Shown here piece by piece: positions 38,284 to 44,451 of a stretch of DNA of 44,451 nucleotides. The notes under the pieces were generated by a model. It did not search any database, was not told the DNA's origin, and worked only from the letters and a program-made list of their open reading frames with translations. The stretch covers positions 1-44,451 of the forward strand of contig JANRJA010000211.1 of NCBI GenBank assembly GCA_033764315.1, given 5' to 3'. The stretch is from Oculatellaceae cyanobacterium bins.114. Lineage in GTDB: Bacteria; Cyanobacteriota; Cyanobacteriia; Elainellales; Elainellaceae. A program made the position numbers and the translations under genes. Numbering within the stretch: position 1 is the first letter of the stretch; the number at the start of each line of letters is the position of its first letter.

Positions 38284-39447
38284 ATGAGTGCTGACGCCGA
38301 TCCACTCACCCCTTTAGTTGAGACGTTAGAAGTCTCACCCGCTTCTAGATCGTTGCCCTTAGTAGGAATTGTATTAGCTGTTCAGGCGAACTATTATTGG
38401 GTGCAGCTTGATGGCGAGAGGACTGCCCAGTCTGGCTCTCAGAGTGATCGTCAAACTGATGCTCACATTGATGTGTTGCTGTGTACTCGGCGAGCTCGCT
38501 TGAAGAAAATTGGGCAACAGGTCATTGTTGGCGATCGCGTTCAGGTTGAGGAAGTGGATTGGGTCAGCAAGCGAGGCGCAGTGGCTCAGGTCTTGCCTCG
38601 TCGCACTGAGCTAGACCGTCCTCCAGTTGCCAATGTTGACCAGATTTTATTAGTGTTTGCGCTGGCAGATCCGATTGTGGAACCACTCCAACTCAGCCGT
38701 TTTTTAGTGAAAGCAGAGTCTACTGGATTAACGGTTAAGTTATGTTTCAACAAAAGTGACCTGATTTCGCCAGAAGAGCGGCAGAACTGGAGCGATCGCC
38801 TGCATCACTGGGGTTATGCCCCTGTTGCTGTAAGTGTTCGGGGAAACCAGGGACTAGATGCTATTCAGGCTCAACTCGCGCATCGTATTACGGTTGTTTC
38901 AGGTCCATCTGGGGTTGGGAAATCGAGCTTAATTAATCGTCTCATCCCTACCCTTGATGTTCGGGTTGGGGCTATCTCTGGCAAGCTTGGACGAGGTCGT
39001 CACACCACACGTCATGTTGAACTCTTTACTCTGCCTGATGGCGGATTGCTGGCCGACACGCCGGGGTTTAACCAACCCGATTTAGATTGTGCCCCCAGAG
39101 TGTTAGCCAGTTACTTTCCTGAAGCTCGTCATCGTCTTGAACAAGCCAGTTGCCAGTTTAATGATTGCCTGCATCGAGACGAACCCAACTGTGTGGTGCG
39201 TGGCGAATGGGAGCGGTATGCCCACTACCTGACGTTTTTAGAAGAAGCGATCGCTTACCAAACGACGTTAGGGCGATCGGGCACTGTAGAGTCAACCGTA
39301 AAACAAAAGAGTCGGCAAGAGGGACAGATTGAGACTGAACCAAAACTGGCTACAAAAAAGTATCGTCGCCCCTCTCGCCGTACTGAAAAGCAGGCCCTTG
39401 AAGACTTATATCAAGATGCAAAGTTGCTCACCGAAGAAGAAAATTGA
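38284..39447 (+). CDS. rsgA: Small ribosomal subunit biogenesis GTPase RsgA
   Basis: NKSD, GPSGVGKSSLIN, GRHTT, DTPG, CQFNDCLHRDEPNC. Confidence 0.96.
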   Translation: MSADADPLTPLVETLEVSPASRSLPLVGIVLAVQANYYWVQLDGERTAQSGSQSDRQTDAHIDVLLCTRRARLKKIGQQVIVGDRVQVEEVDWVSKRGAVAQVLPRRTELDRPPVANVDQILLVFALADPIVEPLQLSRFLVKAESTGLTVKLCFNKSDLISPEERQNWSDRLHHWGYAPVAVSVRGNQGLDAIQAQLAHRITVVSGPSGVGKSSLINRLIPTLDVRVGAISGKLGRGRHTTRHVELFTLPDGGLLADTPGFNQPDLDCAPRVLASYFPEARHRLEQASCQFNDCLHRDEPNCVVRGEWERYAHYLTFLEEAIAYQTTLGRSGTVESTVKQKSRQEGQIETEPKLATKKYRRPSRRTEKQALEDLYQDAKLLTEEEN

Positions 39448-39483
39448 GCACTTTGCAAGAAAAGAAAGTCCGGACGATTAAAA

Positions 39484-39506
39484 TGTTACGGATTGCAACA
39501 TATAAT
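39484..39506 (+). promoter_or_regulatory. pds promoter: TGTTAC-N5-GCAACA directly followed by TATAAT
   Basis: TGTTAC GGATT GCAACA TATAAT. The -10 hexamer ends 45 bp before the ATG. Confidence 0.55.
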
Positions 39507-39542
39507 TAATGGAACACGACAATCAAGCGTATCGAAGGATAG

Positions 39543-41003
<1,461 letters not shown>

Positions 41004-41112
41004 AATCGATTGGGTTGCGATCGCTCCGTAAGCTACGGCTAAATTACCAATCGCTTACAGATCGTAACCAAATGCTGATAGTTTTAAAGTCTATCCCCCA
41101 GCTTGCAATGTA

Positions 41113-42042
41113 ATGCTGCAATTGCCTGAATCTCCCCGCATCACCCCCCTGGCTTCCCTGGAGGATGCCTACGAGCTTTGTCGCCAAGTGATCGCAAAGC
41201 ATTCAACGACGTTTTACCTGGGTACCTTACTCCTTCCCTATGGTAAACGTCAGGCTTTTTGGGCGATTTATGCTTGGTGCCGTCGCACTGATGAGTTAGT
41301 CGATGGTCCTCTGGCTGAATTGACGACTGAGGCAACGCTTGACCATTGGGAACAAAATCTGGAGTCTGTGTTTGCAGGTCATCCGCTCGACGATTTTGAT
41401 GTTGCCTTAGTTGACACATTAGAGCGGTTTCCAGTTGAGATTCAGCCCTTTAAAGACATGATTGAGGGACAGCGGATGGATCTGTATCGCAGCCGCTACA
41501 ACACCTTTGAAGAGCTAAATCTTTACTGTTATCGGGTCGCTGGAACAGTTGGTTTAATGTCCAAAGCCATTATGGGCTTAGACACAACTCAACAGACGGC
41601 TCCCTGGTTTCAGAACCATGATCTCTATATTCCCAGAGAAGAGGCGATCGCATTGGGCATTGCCAAACAACTGACCAACATTTTGCGAGATGTTGGAGAA
41701 GATGCGCGTCGGGGCAGGATCTACATTCCACTAGAAGATTTAGCGTTGTTTAACTACACTGAGCAAGATTTGCTCAATAGTGTGATCGACGATCGCTGGC
41801 GAGAATTGATGAAATTTCAGATTCAGCGAGCCCGCAAGTTTTATGCCAGTGCTGAGCGCGGGATTCGCATGTTGAACCCTGATGCTCGTTTTCCTTTATG
41901 GGCCGCTTTGATGTTCTATCGCCGGATCTTAGATGTGATCGAGCGAAACCAATACGATGTGTTTAACAAACGGGCATTTGTGCCTAACTGGGAAAAGTTT
42001 CTCTGTTTGCCCTTAGCGAAGTTAAGAGCAGAGGTTCTGTAA
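41113..42042 (+). CDS. crtB: Phytoene synthase
   Basis: TFYLGT, YAWCRRTDELVD, YCYRVAGTVGLM, QLTNILRDVGEDARRGRIYIP. Confidence 0.97.
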   Translation: MLQLPESPRITPLASLEDAYELCRQVIAKHSTTFYLGTLLLPYGKRQAFWAIYAWCRRTDELVDGPLAELTTEATLDHWEQNLESVFAGHPLDDFDVALVDTLERFPVEIQPFKDMIEGQRMDLYRSRYNTFEELNLYCYRVAGTVGLMSKAIMGLDTTQQTAPWFQNHDLYIPREEAIALGIAKQLTNILRDVGEDARRGRIYIPLEDLALFNYTEQDLLNSVIDDRWRELMKFQIQRARKFYASAERGIRMLNPDARFPLWAALMFYRRILDVIERNQYDVFNKRAFVPNWEKFLCLPLAKLRAEVL

Positions 42043-42281
42043 GTTTGTTAAGCCTGGAATTTTAGCTTGTCTTGTTGTATCCATTGGATGCAGCCTTATA
42101 GTGCTGTGTTGCACTACTGTCAGGCTACTCCAATCGGAGGATGGATGGGTTTGACTGATTCCCTCGATAGAACGAAGATGCGGTTTTCTACCTATGTCAC
42201 GCTAGGTGGAGAGGTTTTGGAACACGCGTGTTCTCTCAAGGATTGACCTCCGTATTTCCTGGCTTTTTTGGAGGTAGAGAT

Positions 42282-42713
42282 ATGAAATTTAGAGTACTGG
42301 CTACATTGGCTGTTATGGTGTCAACCGCGATCGCCTTGCCTGCAAATGCAGCTGATCCGGTTCAGGTGCAGCAATTGTTAGAGACAGGAGCTTGCACGGG
42401 TTGTGACTTGAGAGGAGCCGACTTGAGCAATGCTCATTTGATTGGGGCTGATTTGAGAAATGCCAATTTAGAAGGGGCAAGTTTTCTCAATGCCAATTTA
42501 GAAGGCGCAGATTTGACAGGGGCCAATTTAACAGATGCAAATCTAACGGGTACTTTTGCCACCAATGCCAGTTTTACCCAGGCTAATCTGACCAATGCTA
42601 ATTTGACGGCTGCCACCATTCGGCAGGCCGATACAACAGGAGCCATCTTAACGGGAATCAATCTGGCAGGAGCTGAAGTGTCGGGTAGCGGCATCAGCAT
42701 TGGGGGCGATTAG
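42282..42713 (+). CDS. Exported pentapeptide repeat protein
   Basis: Signal peptide ending ANA, then QQLLETGACTGCDL and A(D/N)L repeats. GGAGGT RBS before the ATG at 42282. Confidence 0.9.
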   Translation: MKFRVLATLAVMVSTAIALPANAADPVQVQQLLETGACTGCDLRGADLSNAHLIGADLRNANLEGASFLNANLEGADLTGANLTDANLTGTFATNASFTQANLTNANLTAATIRQADTTGAILTGINLAGAEVSGSGISIGGD

Positions 42714-42847
42714 GGAAAGGGTCTGGCGATCGCTCTCTTTTGGGCTTAGAGCTGAGCTGTCTAGATGTGCAAAAATGGCTGAATGAGGGAATGGCTGCTA
42801 TTTAGATAGTTACTTCTCAAGGCAAGCTGTCGTCAGAGATAGATGAT

Positions 42848-43606
42848 ATGGGTGATGTAACCCCGCTCTTAGTGGTAGAAGATGTCTACGCTGGCTATGT
42901 TAAAGGGCTAGATATTTTGCAGGGGATCAACTTTAGAATTGCCCCTGGTGAATTGGTGGCGATTATTGGGCCTAACGGAGCGGGGAAATCGACCTTAGCC
43001 AAAACAATTTTTGGGCTGTTGTCGCCTCATCAAGGCAAAATTCTTTTTCAAGGAGATAACATTGCAGGCTTAAAGTCCGATCAAATCGTTCGGCGGGGTC
43101 TGTGTTACGTTCCTCAAATTTCTAATGTGTTTCCTTCGCTCAGTGTTGAAGAGAACTTAGAGATGGGGGGCTTTGTTCGGGAGGTGCCCCTAAAATCGGT
43201 AAAGCAAAAGATCTTTGAGATGTTTCCTGTCCTGGCAGAGCGACGCCGCCAACGAGCAGGCACGCTTTCAGGGGGAGAACGCCAGCAGTTGGCAATGGGA
43301 CGGGCCCTCATGTTAGACCCTCAACTATTGTTGTTAGATGAGCCGTCAGCGGCTCTATCGCCCCAAATGGTCAGTAGTGTATTGGATCGGATTCGACACA
43401 TTAATGACAGTGGAACGGCGATCGCTCTAGTTGAACAAAATGCTCGCAAGGCATTGGCAATAGCCGATCGAGGATATGTGTTGGATGCAGGGCGGGATCG
43501 TTTTGAAGGGCGAGGCGTTGATTTGCTCAACGACCCAAAGGTCGGTGAATTGTACTTGGGAGCAAAATCTCACAAAAAAGTAGGGTCTAGTAATCTAGAC
43601 CCTTAA
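42848..43606 (+). CDS. natE: Branched-chain/neutral amino-acid ABC transporter ATP-binding protein (LivF/NatE type)
   Basis: GPNGAGKSTL, YVPQ..NVF, AGTLSGGERQQLAMGRAL, LLDEPS, VEQNA, VGELYLG. Confidence 0.85.
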   Translation: MGDVTPLLVVEDVYAGYVKGLDILQGINFRIAPGELVAIIGPNGAGKSTLAKTIFGLLSPHQGKILFQGDNIAGLKSDQIVRRGLCYVPQISNVFPSLSVEENLEMGGFVREVPLKSVKQKIFEMFPVLAERRRQRAGTLSGGERQQLAMGRALMLDPQLLLLDEPSAALSPQMVSSVLDRIRHINDSGTAIALVEQNARKALAIADRGYVLDAGRDRFEGRGVDLLNDPKVGELYLGAKSHKKVGSSNLDP

Positions 43607-43668
43607 GACTTTGTTTAATGTTTAGAGTGGGTGTGTGCTTGCGGTGAAAGTAAGCACTTAGCCCAGTC

Positions 43669-44178
43669 TTAGTCGATAAAACCCATCAAGGTTTCGGCAT
43701 CGTCAATTTCGTTGGAAGCGATCGGACGACCACCGGGCAATAAGGATGCTTCTAGAAGGTGAGGATCGCTGGCAAAAACAGGACGACCACCGGGGAGAGA
43801 CAAATCTTCTCGGATGACAAGGTCGCTAGCAAAAATGGGACGACCGCCAATGGCTGTAATATCTAGAACTTTAATATTGCTAGCCATAATGGGGCGATTG
43901 TTGAGAATGGTGCCATATACAGGTAAGTTGCTTGTTGCAATGGGGCGATCGCCTGATATGGAAATCATTCCAGCAACACCGTCAGGCGTTTGCTCGGCTT
44001 CAGGCTTTAAAGACAAGGCCGTTACCTCAGTCTTGGCTTCACCATTGCTGGATGTTTTTTGTTTTGACTCAACCATGCTTTTCTCCGTTGCTGCTGGACT
44101 ATCTGCCGTTTCCACTGTTGCCTCCTTTGCCGCCTTGCCTCTACGACCGTTACCCCTAACTGGGTTCGTAGCGTCCAT
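43669..44178 (-). CDS. Hypothetical protein with five (G/N)RP(I/V)-based repeats
   Basis: Low-complexity N-terminal half, then GDRPIATS, NNRPIMAS, GGRPIFAS, GGRPVFAS, GGRPIAS...LMGFID. GAGG RBS upstream. Confidence 0.8.
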   Translation of the reverse strand: MDATNPVRGNGRRGKAAKEATVETADSPAATEKSMVESKQKTSSNGEAKTEVTALSLKPEAEQTPDGVAGMISISGDRPIATSNLPVYGTILNNRPIMASNIKVLDITAIGGRPIFASDLVIREDLSLPGGRPVFASDPHLLEASLLPGGRPIASNEIDDAETLMGFID

Positions 44179-44451
44179 GAGTCAATACCTCTGAATCAAT
44201 CTTTAAGCTTTATTTGCGAAAAACCTGCTTTAAGCCTTTAACCTCAGGGGCTGCTGCCGTTATAAAAAGAGTTTTCTAAAAAAGATTCCCGAAGAACATT
44301 ATAAAACGAGCGTGGCTAGCTCAACTCAAAGATTTAGCCAGAAAATCATAGGAATCTCTTAATAATCTAATCTGTGAATCTTACTAAAAACCACAAACTG
44401 TAATTTTTTTGACAAATATCAATACGAAACTTATTCTTCTTTTGTCTTGAT

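Noticed and set aside
42076..42092. NtcA site after crtB
   Set aside because: The spacing is GTA-N9-TGC, not GTA-N8-TAC.
42220..42233. LexA box
   Set aside because: GAAC-N6-GTTC spacing does not fit the Gram-positive GAAC-N4-GTTC box or the cyanobacterial GTAC-N4-GTWC box.

Overview
A chromosomal segment of a cyanobacterium, probably filamentous and Leptolyngbya/Oculatella-like (inference). The assignment rests on dense HIP1 octamers (GCGATCGC), ccmK3/ccmK4, pds-crtB, pilB-pilT-pilC and the lysA-cdaA-uppS cluster. Most of the window is conserved housekeeping: queA, clpC, rimI, lysA-cdaA-uppS, mraY, priA, grpE-dnaK-dnaJ, a TusA-family gene, rsgA and natE. The one accessory-looking islet lies between queA and clpC. 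It holds a signal-peptide-less peptidoglycan-binding Cys/His amidase-like protein, a mazEF module with a clear operator, and an orphan Arg-rich 86-aa ORF. The non-coding DNA is rich. There are four miniature inverted-repeat elements from three families, each carrying REP-like hairpin cargo, and two have 5-bp target duplications. There is also a palindrome inside priA, heptamer repeats inside rimI, recurrent 16-bp tandem duplications and an NtcA-type box. A shared TTAC-N5-G(T/C)AA palindrome precedes pds, crtB and an alpha/beta hydrolase gene, and a hairpin-dense leader may sequester the RBS of a pentapeptide gene. I saw no rRNA, tRNA, CRISPR array or full-length transposase. Family assignments come from motif recognition only; no database searches were run.
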